DNA of 62,880 nt, filler included, from Squatina squatina (taxonomy: Eukaryota), in assembly GCA_031763465.1 (NCBI GenBank). It is 4 parts of 4 records of this genome, joined end to end, with 100 filler letters (N's around TTAATTAATTAA, not from the genome) between each part and the next. Parts side by side here need not be neighbours in the genome. Positions count along the whole stretch, not along the records: positions 31,000 to 44,314 come from JARFOE010000100.1; positions 44,415 to 62,880 come from JARFOE010000115.1; 2 more parts are not named here. One strand, 5' to 3'. A model generated the notes under the pieces. The model was not told the DNA's origin, searched no databases, and saw only the letters and a program-made list of their open reading frames with translations. Of this stretch, positions 34,301 through 46,515 are shown piece by piece. The translations under genes and the position numbers were made by a program. Position 1 is the stretch's first letter; every line of letters starts with the position of its first letter.

Positions 34301-37300
34301 ATAACTTTTATTTGTAATACTGAAACTAGGTCCAATTTGATCTTGCTTGCTTTTGAAACCCTAACCTCAGGTTTAGGACACACAACTCCATGGAAAATCA
34401 TGTTGCAGTTAAGCCTAATCTACTGAGGGTTCCTGTCTGAATTAATAATCTCCAAGACTCCAAGTAAGTGTATCCATTTTTAGCAGTTTTCTTCCTGTAG
34501 TTTCTGACTCAAATGTGAGAAGCACTCTCTCCACCGACTCACTGCAGTGGCTCATGCTGTTTGAACTAACAATTCCTCCTTCGTTCTTCGTGTACAATTT
34601 TACTTTGGTTGCAATTATGTCAGTTTGGGCTGACTGCCTCGCCCCCACTGGTTTTGTTGTGCAGTTCTGGTCATACTCAATTCTATTGATCAACCAGTTG
34701 TGTTCAAAATAATAAAAATGCTCCTTCTTTCACTGCTCCCCTTGATTTAAAGAAGCTTACCATCAGCACAAGGTGATTACTACTTTAACATTGCTGGATT
34801 GCTAAAGTATTTAGTCCATTTATATATTTTCTTTTTCAAAAANNNNNNNNNNNNNNNNNNNNNNNNNNNNNNNNNNNNNNNNNNNNNNNNNNNNNNNNNN
34901 NNNNNNNNNNNNNNNNNNNNNNNNNNNNNNNNNNNNNNNNNNAATAGTGCACGCTGTGATCCGCGAGTGGCCGGATGTGAGGCGGCTGCCATTTTTCTGA
35001 CGAAACCGCCCTTAAAGGCCGACGCTAAGAGGGGAAATTTCCGGCTTTCTTGCTAACCAGTAATGTGGTAATCACACAGGCCATTTGTATACTACTTAAA
35101 CAATGGTTTTCTCACAGAGCTTGGATCTATTCAGGTAGTTTGCATCCAAGTTTATAACTGTATTTTTCACCAATGAACACATGGGGCATAATTGAACCTA
35201 TCATCTTTGTGGGTAACAGCAGTTTGAGGTTTCTATAATCTGATCTCAAATCAAATGGGAATTTACACATCAGCAAACCTTAATGAAAGCACGTGACTAC
35301 CAATTTGCAGGTTTGTGCTTCCAACTGAATACTTAATATTGGTATAGTTCAAATTCTCAACACAATTCTCCTGAGCCACAAAATCTTAGTGAATAAGAGC
35401 CTTAGTTATTCATTAGTTAAAGATCCGAATAGACACATAGGTATGGCTCTGCAGCTACAAGGAATATATTTGCTATTTGACACTTTAGTGAGATTGTACT
35501 GTTGTGGGAAGCTAATGTTTCAGTGAAGGAGTCATTGTATGACATACAGATAATTAACCTGTAGAAGTGTGATATAAAATGCAACATAGATGTGTGTGAA
35601 AAAATATAAAACATAAATATCCACTTGATAATATTTTGGTGAAGAAATTTCTTGGTATAACGATAACAAGCCATTAGAAATGTATTCAGAGGACACTTCA
35701 TTATTATGAATTTGTGGACTTGTATTGTGTGGGGGTTGGAGGGTGTGGAACATGCCATCTGCCAAATCTTGTTGAGTCATTTATGAACAAGCTGGTACAT
35801 AATGAGAGACATTATATTCCAGTCATGAACACATCCGTCTGCTTAGCTAGTGTTATTTTTTAATGTGCATGTGCTCCTCAGTTGTTCCATTGAAATGACA
35901 TTAGTGACTCATTTTAAAAACACTGCATTAAAATAACTTTTCATAGGAATACTACTTCATTTTCTTCACTTTAAGCACTTTACAATTTATATTGTATTTT
36001 GTTGAATTGAAGAAATGTTGCATTAGTAATGAGATTGTTGGGAAGGCTTCCTCAACTACCAACCAGAATGTCAGCTATGTAGGAAATACTGCTGCTGTAT
36101 TGATAGAGCAATCGCTTCTGCCCTTTGCTTCCATACCAAGAGTTAACTCATTGATGGGCTTATGTTTTCTACTGAAGAAGCGTTGCCTGCTAAGGGCAAA
36201 AGATTAAATACAATGATTCTAGGAACCTACCGTGCTGATTAGAACCTGTGGGTTTTTGAAGGAGAGTTTACTAATTCACACTTATTTGATTAGAGAGATC
36301 AGGCAACATATGGCTGAAATTACAAAATGAAATGCACTCCTAATATGATCCACAAGTTGAGNNNNNNNNNNNNNNNNNNNNNNNNNNNNNNNNNNNNNNN
36401 NNNNNNNNNNNNNNNNNNNNNNNNNNNNNNNNAGTATTCCCAGGAACCCATTCCTCTTTTATTCCAAAATTCGAGTGCCTAGCATTTCTAATCACAAATA
36501 TAACCCATTACATTGTGTTCTAAATTTTAGTGCATGCAATCGTAATGCAATATATTTTACACATAATATAGGAACAAGCCAGAATTCTATGACTAATCAT
36601 TTTCTACCAAGATATCGCTCCTCTTGGCAGCAGTGTATAGAATTAGGGTTAATTGCTAGTGTCACAAATGATAGGTATAATCAGGAAGATATGTCAGTAT
36701 GAGTGAATCAACAGCCTCCGCATTTAACAGAAGGAGGAGGATGGAGCTTGCGGGGACAGTCATAGCAGTTTGATAATGATATCATGGGATATTAGCCTCA
36801 ATTCAATAGGAAGCAAAGTACTTGAAAGCCATCAAAAGACAAGAATATATACATTAGCTGTATGTTACATGATTTAGGTACAGGCAACCTGGGGTCAGAC
36901 ATTTTATGTAGCATTTCCGTGATGTGACATCATGAAGTTTCAGTCCAGTGAGATCAAGAGCAGAGATTGCTACACACATTTCTATTTCCCTTTTTAATGG
37001 CATATCAGTGGGAATTCTTCACAAAATGTCCGTTTGCAAGCTATCCATAATTAGGAATCTTTAAATTTAAAACAAATACTGATCTAGAAACACTAGTTTA
37101 TGTACAGATGAACCCTTTTATAACATTTAAGATTACGTGACTCTTCAGTCTGTACGACATGATGCTGTTAAATATTTATAGAGAGACAAAGTAGTTGGGT
37201 TCTGCTGAAGACCAGGACAGTATTGCAGACTTTCCTTCTATTAAAATACATTATTAAGAGGAATCTAAAGCAAATACAGCTGATGGAGAGGGCCAACTTA

Positions 37301-37625
37301 TTTTTTAGGGTAAGGAGAAGGGCAATATCATTCCTTTCCAATGAGACATTCTGCAATTACAATGCTGAGACTAAAATAATCAGTAACAAAAGGACTGAAG
37401 GGTAAGAACAATGATATTTTATCTGATGTATAGTAGTCACAAAGAAATGGAGAGTGGGAGCATTCAAGCTCTAGTTATCATAAGATTCAGTTTTGTGGCA
37501 CAGGATGAAGCAAAGGATAACAATACTAATGACAGATTTCAAAAGAACTAATTTTAAGAAGAAAATTATATTGGGGAACACTTAACTAAAAATTTAGGTT
37601 TTAAGAATGTGCTGAAGGAGGCATA

Positions 37626-37707
37626 CATAGAAAAACATAGAAAAATAGGTGCAGGAGTAGGCCATTCAGCCCTTCGAGCCTGCACCGCCATTCAATATGA
37701 TCATGGC
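37626..37707 (-). mobile_element. CR1 3' tail
   Basis: CATAGAAAAACATAGAAAAATAGGTGCAGGAGTAGGCCATTCAGCCCTTCGAGCCTGCACCGCCATTCAATATGATCATGGC. Confidence 0.8.
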
Positions 37708-39654
37708 NNNNNNNNNNNNNNNNNNNNNNNNNNNNNNNNNNNNNNNNNNNNNNNNNNNNNNNNNNNNNNNNNNNNNNNNNNNNNNNNNNNNNNNNNNNNN
37801 NNNNNNNCCATTACACTTCAAAGTGTTGCACTTGAAAATGTATGTCACATTTCAGCTGATTTGCTCAATTATCATATTCATAAAACTAACCAAATACAAC
37901 TGAACAATCTTCATTTCCCTCAGCAAAAACAAATAGCCTCTAATTGACCTCAGAATGTACTAGGGATTTACAAACAGCTGCCAATTTAGAGACAGAAATT
38001 ATCTTCTAGCTGATCTGATGATGTGCTTATTTGTAACACTTCCCCACAGAGAGGGCACTTTGTGACGTTAAAGGGACAGGCAAGGCTAAACACATCTGAG
38101 TACCAGGCAGTTTTCCTTAAGGCAGTCTCTTTACACCTATTAGGAAAGGGTTGTGGAGATGTAAATATTGCCTTGTTATATTATAACTGTACATTGCTTT
38201 TTTTAAATTTGTTCTTTGGATATGGGATAAACCGCTAAAATTTGTGTTGTCCATTTGTACTCAAATGTTAAATGAACACTAGATGCTTGGAAGAGGAACC
38301 TTAGAGATTGCAAAGAATAGAGTTTCTAATGAATATAATGAACTGAAATTTGTTTTACTGATTTTTTTTGGAAGCCAATATACATTTGTCACAAGATGAT
38401 TGCATTGATGCATTAGGATATTTTGTGCTCAAGGTTTGTACTTCCAAAGATTACACTGATTTTAGCATTTCTTCACGAAAATCAAAAAATGCTATTTAAA
38501 ACTCCCTTTATCTCTACCAATATTCTTCTGTGCTCTCCTGAAGGTATTGACTCTTTGCTGTGACACAATTACATGGGTGCCATTCACCCTCAATTGCCTT
38601 GCTCAAATAACTGTTATTCACGTGTGTGTCTCGAAAGGCAATGTTAAGTCAGGCTATTTNNNNNNNNNNNNNNNNNNNNNNNNNNNNNNNNNNNNNNNNN
38701 NNNNNNNNNNNNNNNNNNNNNNNNNNNNNNNNNNNNNNNNNNNNNNNNNNNNNNNNNNNACTTTTCTCAATATTTTTCCAGATAACTTAGAGTATGCAGT
38801 CAAGTGAGTGTAAATAATATGTACATTCAAAATTGTGTGCATAGGTCATAGTGATCTTAGGATAAGGCTGAACAAATGTGGGAAAGAAATATTGAGGCAC
38901 ATATCCTAATTGTATAAATGTGTCTCATACTCAAAATACTGCAATCTGCTAAATATACAACATAAAACAGCATGGGGGCTGATTTTCTCCTAGTTACAAG
39001 AGCTTGATATGGGACAAACAAAATACCACTTGTTCCCTGCAATAAACACACACTACTTCTTGCATAGAAAAAAAACTGAAGATCTTGGAAACACACATCA
39101 GGTCTGTCAGTATTTGAAAAGAGAATCAATGGGTGACTGGTTTTTATCTACGGGTGTCAGTTCTAAATGGTTATGGACTGGTGCAAATCCTACACGAATA
39201 GGAAAGTGCTGATAGCAATCAATTTTTTGGTGTAAACTCACTTGTATAATAATTCACAGGCCAACTGAAGACTTGTATGGGTCTAGGGAGGATTTAGGGA
39301 TGGGAGTGCAAAAGAATGTGGAAGAAAAATTGAAAGGCAGAATAAGAAATTCAGAGGAACTGGAGAAAGCAGAGAAACTAAGAAAGACAGTTAAAAGGAA
39401 CTCAGTCACTCTGTGATCTGACATTTCAAGCCCCCAAGTGTGTGGCCTGCAGTGCTGTCTGTTTACCACTACTTAGCAGCAATCATAACATTGTGACTGA
39501 AGCTCTCAGCTGCTGACTCTGCCTGCCACAGACTCAACAGGGTATGTCAGTTCCAGCCGGGAGTCCTGTGAGCTTTGTGCTCCCTTGAATTGGGACAGGC
39601 CAACCCAACCAGAATCAACCCTTGTTTAGATACAAGGCCTGGACTTGAGTATAC

Positions 39655-40544
39655 AAGGCATAATTTCAAAGTCTGCAGATGGCATGAAACTCGAAAATGT
39701 CGTAAACAGTGAGGAGGATACTAACAGATATCAGGAGGACACAGTCAGACTGATGAAATGGGCAGACACATCAAATAAAATTTAACGCAGTGAAGTGTGA
39801 AGTGATTCATTTTGGTTGGAAGTTTGAGGATAAGCAATATAAATTAAAAGTACAATTTTAAAGCGCAGTGCAGGAACAGGGAGACTGGGGGTGTATGTAC
39901 ACAACTCTTTGAACGTGGCAGGACTAGTTAAAAAGGCTGTTGAAAAGGCATAGGGGATCCTTGGCTTTAGAAACCGAGACAGAGTTCAAAAGCAATTAAA
40001 GTTATGTTGAACTTTTATAAGACACTGGTTAGACCCTAGCTGGAGTATTGCAGTGAATTCTGGATATCACACTTCAGGAAAATGTCAAGGTGAAGAGGAA
40101 ATTTACGAGAATGGTATCAGGGATAAAATACTTCAGTTAAGTGGAGAGACTAGAGAAACAGGTTAAGGGGAGATTTGAAAGATGAAAATCATGAAGGTTT
40201 TAATAGAGTAAATAAGGAGAAACTGTTTCCAATGGCAGAAGGATCAGTAAACAGAAGATGCAGATTTAAGATAACTTAGAAAAGAATTAGAGGCGACATG
40301 AGGAAACTTTTATTTTTACACCAGGAGTTATGATGATCTGGAATGCACTGCCTGAAAGGGTGGTGGAAGCAAATTCAATAGTAACTTTCAAAAAGGAATT
40401 GGATAGATACTTGAAGGGAAAAATTGCTGGGCTATGGGGAGAGAGTGGAGGAAAGAGTAGGACTAGTTGGATAGCTCTACCAAAAGATACGGCACAGGCA
40501 CAATGGCCCGACTGGCCTTCTGTGTTATATCATTCTATGATTCT
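39655..40544 (+). mobile_element. Decayed CR1 LINE, RT C-terminus to tail
   Basis: ISK.AD..KL, YKTLVRP.LEYC..FW.SHFRK, VMMIWNALPERVVEANSIVTFKKELDRYL, tail ATTCTATGATTCT. Confidence 0.85.
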
Positions 40545-40545
40545 G

Positions 40546-40724
40546 TGAAGGAGGATGGAATGTATAAGAGACCAAAGTCGGAGGAACACAGTATCCTGAT
40601 GGTGTTGTGGGACTGGTGAGGTTAAAGAGGTGGGGAGAGGTGAGGCCACAAAGGAATTTAAACACAAGGATAATAATTTTAAATTGGAGCCATTGGAGGA
40701 ACAAGAGCCAATGTAGGTCATTCG
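40546..40724 (-). mobile_element. L2-like LINE fragment
   Basis: Reverse strand reads like ..LHWL...Q.FKI..LVFK.L.G..P.YL, the C-terminal motif of L2/CR1-group ORF2. Confidence 0.5.
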
Positions 40725-41269
40725 NNNNNNNNNNNNNNNNNNNNNNNNNNNNNNNNNNNNNNNNNNNNNNNNNNNNNNNNNNNNNNNNNNNNNNNNNNNN
40801 NNNNNNNNNNNNNNNNNNNNNNNNTCAGCAGTGGGTGGAATGAAGTCATTGAACCAGTACCCTGAAACCAAAATTACTAAATACGAATAATTAGTCTACA
40901 GAAAAAAAAAACAGCTGACAAGCTCCAAATGATTTGGATTGTAGCAATGTATTAATTGCAAAGAAAGCAAAACCAGAATTTGCTTTACCATACCACTGCA
41001 TGACACTTTATTCTTGATCAAACCATTAATGATTACAGAAAATAAACCCTTTTTTTGCTGTGGAGCAGCAAATACTAAAAGTCTTTTGTTTGATTCCCTC
41101 CCCAGTGCCACTTTCTTAAGACTATTTCTGTGAGACAGTCTGTAATCATCCACATTCAAGATGCTAGCCCAAGGGTGACAAAAGAAACTTTATCCTGACA
41201 GACAGGGAACAGGGTGAAGCATTGATAAATGACTATTGTGCATTTATAGAATTTTAGATATTTGTCAGT

Positions 41270-41490
41270 CTTCCCAGGAGGGAAGTTCTCCCAGTGTCCT
41301 GGATAATGCGCATCCTCCACCAATATTATCAAAACCAGATTAACGAGTTATCTTTCTTGTTCGAGTTTGTAGGATTTTGCTGTGTGCAATTTTAGTTGAA
41401 ACATTTGCCTACATAGCAACAGCCACGACACTTCAAGAGTACTATGTATGTCCTGAAGATATGAAAGGCATCATATAAATTCTTTCTTAC
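41270..41490 (+). mobile_element. Deu-SINE 3' half, diverged
   Basis: GGAAGTTCTCCCAGTGTCCTGG...AAACCAGATTA...GCTGTGTGCAA...GCAACAG..ACACTTCAA...GAAAGGCATCATATAAAT matches 3055-3280. Confidence 0.65.
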
Positions 41491-42533
41491 TTGCTATGAT
41501 GTACTCAAGTTCCCACATGAAAGGAAATAACAATATATATCCATTCATAAAGTATATTATGTATGTTTCAATCTGATCAAAACTGTTACAGTATAAAATC
41601 ACAACAGTAGGAAAAATTCCAAAAATGATTTCCACCTCTATGCTGCAGGAGAGAATCTTGCAACGATAGTAAGGCTACACTGAAGTTGTGTGTGTTTTTT
41701 AATCAGATGTTGGCATTTTCTGCCACTAATTGCATTTTCATTTCCTGCTGTAATTATTCCATTGCATGTTTATGGTGAGAGCTGAAAATGAGGTAGATCA
41801 CTGAGGAAAGAAATAATTGTTAATGAATAATCATCAGTTGGAAGTCAAATTCATGACCTCGAAAGAGCTAGTGTAGGATTAACTACTATCCATGACTCTT
41901 CGACATGTTGTGTATCATTGTAAGATAATCACAAATAATTATTCACCCTAACTTCATCAATTATATTTCATTATAGAGATTCATATTTATTTTGTATTAT
42001 TAAATGATTATGGCAGTATTCATGCTGTGGAGTGCTAATTAAAAGGTGCTACATTTAGAGATGTTGAGGCCAAATGATCATAGCATATGATTCATTAGCA
42101 TATGATCCTATGTGAATGTGATGACAATCTGCTTGCACTAATGTGGCCACGTTCAACATCAGCAATATGCTTTTCCAGTTGTTTGCACAACCAGTGTCTT
42201 CTAGATAATAACTTCTCACTTCCATTAGCTAATCATACCAGCTAAAATCAAAGCAATGTTGCCAGTTTTCAGATAGGCTCTGGGCTTAAAAAACATCTTT
42301 CTCTATTTAACCTGTGTAGTGGAAGCACAGCTGACACATTCAGTTGATTTTCTCTCCGTTGTATTAGCTAACTTAACAAAAACTATGTTCAAACAAAAAT
42401 TGCTGGAAAAACTCAGCAGGTCAGGCAGCATCTNNNNNNNNNNNNNNNNNNNNNNNNNNNNNNNNNNNNNNNNNNNNNNNNNNNNNNNNNNNNNNNNNNN
42501 NNNNNNNNNNNNNNNNNNNNNNNNNNNNNNNNN

Positions 42534-43005
42534 GATTTAAACAGGGAGTTTTGAGGGAGATGAGCAAGGAATTGGGTGGTGACAACACATTTGCGGTTCT
42601 TAGATACCAAAAGTTTAGATATCGGGTGATAGCTGGAGAAGATGGATTAAGAAGAGGGAGGTTATGACAGCAGTTTTGAAGAAGAGAGCAGCAGTGCCTG
42701 AGCAAAAGGAGCCATTAACAATTGTGGCTAGCATGGGATTCAGGTGGGGTAATTGAGTGGTCAGGCATTATTGGGGATGGGATTGAGGGAGTAAGGCGGT
42801 GGGTCATAGAGGAGTTGAGCTTAGAAAGGGTGGGAGGGAGATGAGAAAGAAACTGCAGAATGACAGAGGATTGGAGTGCGTGGGAGACTGGGGAGTGGAG
42901 GTTGGGAGTAGAAGGGGAAGGGGATTGATAGAAATAGCTGCACTGATGGTTTCAATCTTAGAGATGAAGAAATCCACGAGCTTGTTGCACATGGTATTAG
43001 AGGTG
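42534..43005 (-). mobile_element. L2-like LINE ORF2 fragment, decayed
   Basis: Reverse strand CNKLVDFFISKIETI.AAI and LA.IVNGSF....L...FKTA.IT.LL...LNPS..A.YR.ISKL..L. Confidence 0.55.
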
Positions 43006-44314
43006 CAAAATATAAAAGAACATGTACTAAATTAGTCAGAATACTAAAGATTTGGCAACTCTGTCAGAAATCATATCAATGTGAAGGGTTTTACAAATAT
43101 ATTTATTTTCCTATACATTTTCTCATTTGTTCTCCCACTGCTGCCCGTTGTAATCATAGTACTTTCTATTGCAGGGAAGGCAGAACCACAGTATGCCACA
43201 ACTACTGGCAGTATTGTTCCAAATAAATGGTGTGCTCCTATGATGCGGGATGGCTCTGCCCCTGTCACAGTTTTTTTCCCATAAGATGTAGCTAGTAGTG
43301 ATCAGGTAAGTCTTACCCATTGGCAGTAAATGAGTTCAAATGTTAAATCAAGACCAGCATTTGAACATCTGACCTTTGGGTAGCATTCAATGCTGTAACC
43401 AATATAGCTGCTGGGTGATCAGCCAGCGATAGGTTTTATTAACCAGAACTATGGAATCATGTAAATTGCTATATCTGAGAAATATACACTCTGTGTGTCA
43501 AGCTGTGAGTTACTTTTGCTGACAGTGTGAACAGTACAAATGGTGAAATAAAACTATCATAGGTTGTCTACAGTTGCATGTTCATTTGTAAAGTACACAA
43601 AAAATTACGCAACAAAGTAATTTAAATAAAAATATAGAAGAGTATTGTGACAACACATTTTATGAAATGTGCGATGAAGCTGGGCTAGATAAATGTATGG
43701 TTAATCATTGGTGCCATCTTTTACTATAACTTTGATAAATTACATATTTATGAACCTTAAGGCAGGTATTTTAATTACAAGGTCCCAATTTGCACTCTTC
43801 ATAAATTTACAATGCTCCTAATTAAATGAAATTGAAAATGTCACTTTCTGTGTCAACTAGAGTAAATCTAGTCAGTAAATAGAGAAAAAAATAATTATTC
43901 AGGAATGACTTCATGTAGTCAATAGGTTTGTTAACATCTGTCAACAAATCTCAGAATATCGACTAATTGTAAAATTTTGTAACATCTGGTCTTGGAAATA
44001 TAAATGAATTAATTTTGCGAATGCACAATTTAGTGTAAATGACCTGACAGATATTTGAAACAGGTTAAATTAGAAAATTAAAATAAAGATTTAAAAGGGA
44101 ACCACCTTTATGAAAAATGCTTTTTCTTTGTAATTGCAATTGATAGTGTAAGTTATGTTGAAATATCCTCACATCACACATATCTGATGTCTTTATAATG
44201 AAAAAGCACAAGGTTCTTCTGTCAAGCAAAGACCTTTTCACAAAAAATGTACCCTGTTGTCCATTGGTTGATAGGCCGAAGCAGTGATCTCTCCAGATTG
44301 CAGTATATTCAGTC

Positions 44315-44414
44315 NNNNNNNNNNNNNNNNNNNNNNNNNNNNNNNNNNNNNNNNNNNNTTAATTAATTAANNNNNNNNNNNNNNNNNNNNNNNNNNNNNN
44401 NNNNNNNNNNNNNN
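44315..44414. other. Artificial scaffold linker
   Basis: TTAATTAATTAA at 44359-44370 between two 44-N runs. Confidence 0.95.
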
Positions 44415-45457
44415 TGCAAGTGAGGGTAAAGATGTAGCATTTTTTTATTGCGTTTATGCTTATACGTGTGTTTTATGAATACATTTTGATTCATCTGGAT
44501 TATAGCGTTTGCACCAGTTTCTTTAGTATGATTGTGATGCTGGTATATTTAATATGGTTCCGCCCAATAGTTCCTCTCGGTGTTGTTGGTACTATTGCAC
44601 CCATACAAACTGGCGCATACCGAAACACCCAAACCGACCAGTTTTCATTAGCCTAACTTCGTGATTTCATATTCTTGAAATTTTCTACACCACACACAGG
44701 AATTACAAAAAAAAAACATTGCAACAGACTCTTGTTACCTACTTATTATTCTTTTGCTTTTTAATTAACATTAAAATACTCAACAATCAAGACAAACTGG
44801 AATCAGAACAAATCCCTATAAAGTTTTTAAATTTGAAGACACAGGAACCTGGAAGCTGCACTCATTAAGTGTTTAGATTGCTGTTCGACAGGACAGTAAT
44901 CGCATTAAGTCTTTAATTATAAAGCAATTAATGGAAGGAAAATAGAGCTAATTGCTTCTATACAGAAACTGATGATTACAATAAAAAAAACCGTTAAGTA
45001 TAAATCGATTGAAACTAAGTTAAAGTAAGAGAATTGGACTGTGTGCAATTAATGTGACTTGGTCCAACACGAGCCTGCAGGCGGATCAAGGCAAAACAAG
45101 GAAAGAAAAAATAATGAGAACTTAACCAGAAGAAATTGGCAATTTGAGAGCAAATAACGTCGTTGTGCCTCCACAATCTACATTGGAAGAATTTATAAAT
45201 GACCAGACAGGATAAATGAACGCCAAACAACAGGTTGTGTAATGTATTAGCGAAAACTCATCTCCAGGAGCAGAGTGCTTTATGTCACAGGTAGAAGGTT
45301 TGTTGCTTTAGAAATGATTTCTTTTGGAACTAGATTTAACCTTAAACAAACACTGGTTAATATTACGACATTTTTCTTGTACTCCTGGCCTGTATTAAAT
45401 TATCGTTGTGTTGCACAGGCCTTGTTTTCTTTCCTGGTCACCGAGTCACTTGTGCGT

Positions 45458-45636
45458 GAAAGAAAAAAGACTTTCATTTCAGGACCTCAGGCCGTCCCAA
45501 AGCGCTTTACAGCCAATGAAGTACTTTTTGAAGTGACGTCATTGTTGCAATGTGGGAAACGCGGCAACCAATTTGGCACAGCAAGCTCCGGCAAACAGCA
45601 GTGTGATAATGTCCAGATAATCTGTTTTAGTGATGT
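45458..45636 (-). mobile_element. Deu-SINE 3' part
   Basis: GTCCCAAAGCGCTTTACAGCCAATGAAGTACTTTTTGAAGTG...CAGCAAGCTCC..CAAACAGCA.TGTGATAATG.CCAGATAATCTG is the reverse complement of 3110-3255. Confidence 0.8.
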
Positions 45637-45731
45637 TTAGAGAGCATTATGATGAAAGAATGCAACTTTTCAGACATCCCTTCCCCCTTCAAACAATAAC
45701 ATATTGGAAAATGTATCTTGTTTATCACAAT

Positions 45732-45851
45732 GACAACAACAACTTATATTATAACAGAATAAAATGTCCCAAGGTGCTTCACAGGAGTGTTATAAAAAAT
45801 TTGACACCTAGCCATGTAAAATTTTAGGGCAGAAGACCAAAAGCTTGGTTG
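45732..45851 (-). mobile_element. L2-like LINE 3' end
   Basis: ACAACAACAACTT...AAAATGTCCCAAGGTGCTTCACAGG...GACCAAAAGCTTGGT is a reversed L2-type tail. Confidence 0.55.
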
Positions 45852-46074
45852 NNNNNNNNNNNNNNNNNNNNNNNNNNNNNNNNNNNNNNNNNNNNNNNNN
45901 NNNNNNNNNNNNNNNNNNNNNNNNNNNNNNNNNNNNNNNNNNNNNNNNNNNCGTAAACAGGCATGTGCTGTTACTATTCAATGGCCTCTGCTGGAAGTGC
46001 TGTTAAGGACAGGGTCAATCTCAGCTATGATGGCCTCCATGGTCAAATAAGCCCAATAGACTTCTCTAATTCGA

Positions 46075-46515
46075 TCTGTTGGTAAAAGCACTGTCCAGTG
46101 CACAATTGAACCATACAGATCTGGCAGGTCCAAAGTTTGGTCCCTGGTCTTTGCTGTGTTAATTGATCTCAGTTGGGAAAGTGTTTGGGTCTTAAAATTG
46201 GCCGTAAGAGTTCCTGAGTAGGAAAGAAAAATCAACCAAGTTGCTGCTTCTGATCACTGTCAAGTTGACATCCCAAGATGTCGATAGCTCACCGAAGAAT
46301 ATTAAATTCTGTAACATGTGGTGCTGGTGTGAATTTTGGGTGAGCATAAGATCAGGCTTGGCTGTGATGCTGCCTGTGGAAGAATCACGTTTTAACATCA
46401 ACTGTCAAGGGTGAATTATGGCCATTTAAGCAAAATGGCAGAGAACGCTCAGTACCCATGGAACTATGCCCTGGAAAGTAGTCAATGCCTTCAGGGGAAG
46501 AGGGGAGGGAAAAAA
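46075..46515 (+). mobile_element. Family-B SINE-like copy, near full length
   Basis: Head CCATACAGATCTGGCAGGTCCAAAGTTTGGTCCCTGGTCT...GATCTCAG; body AAAATCAACCAAG...GGCTTGGCTGTGATGC; end GTCAATGCCTTCAGGGGAAGAGGGGAG. Confidence 0.6.

Noticed and set aside
39260-39416. Lys/Glu-rich frame after tcacag (PTEDLYGSREDLGMGVQKNVEEKLKGR...)
   Set aside because: Purine-rich low-complexity stretch with a weak acceptor and no recognisable homology.
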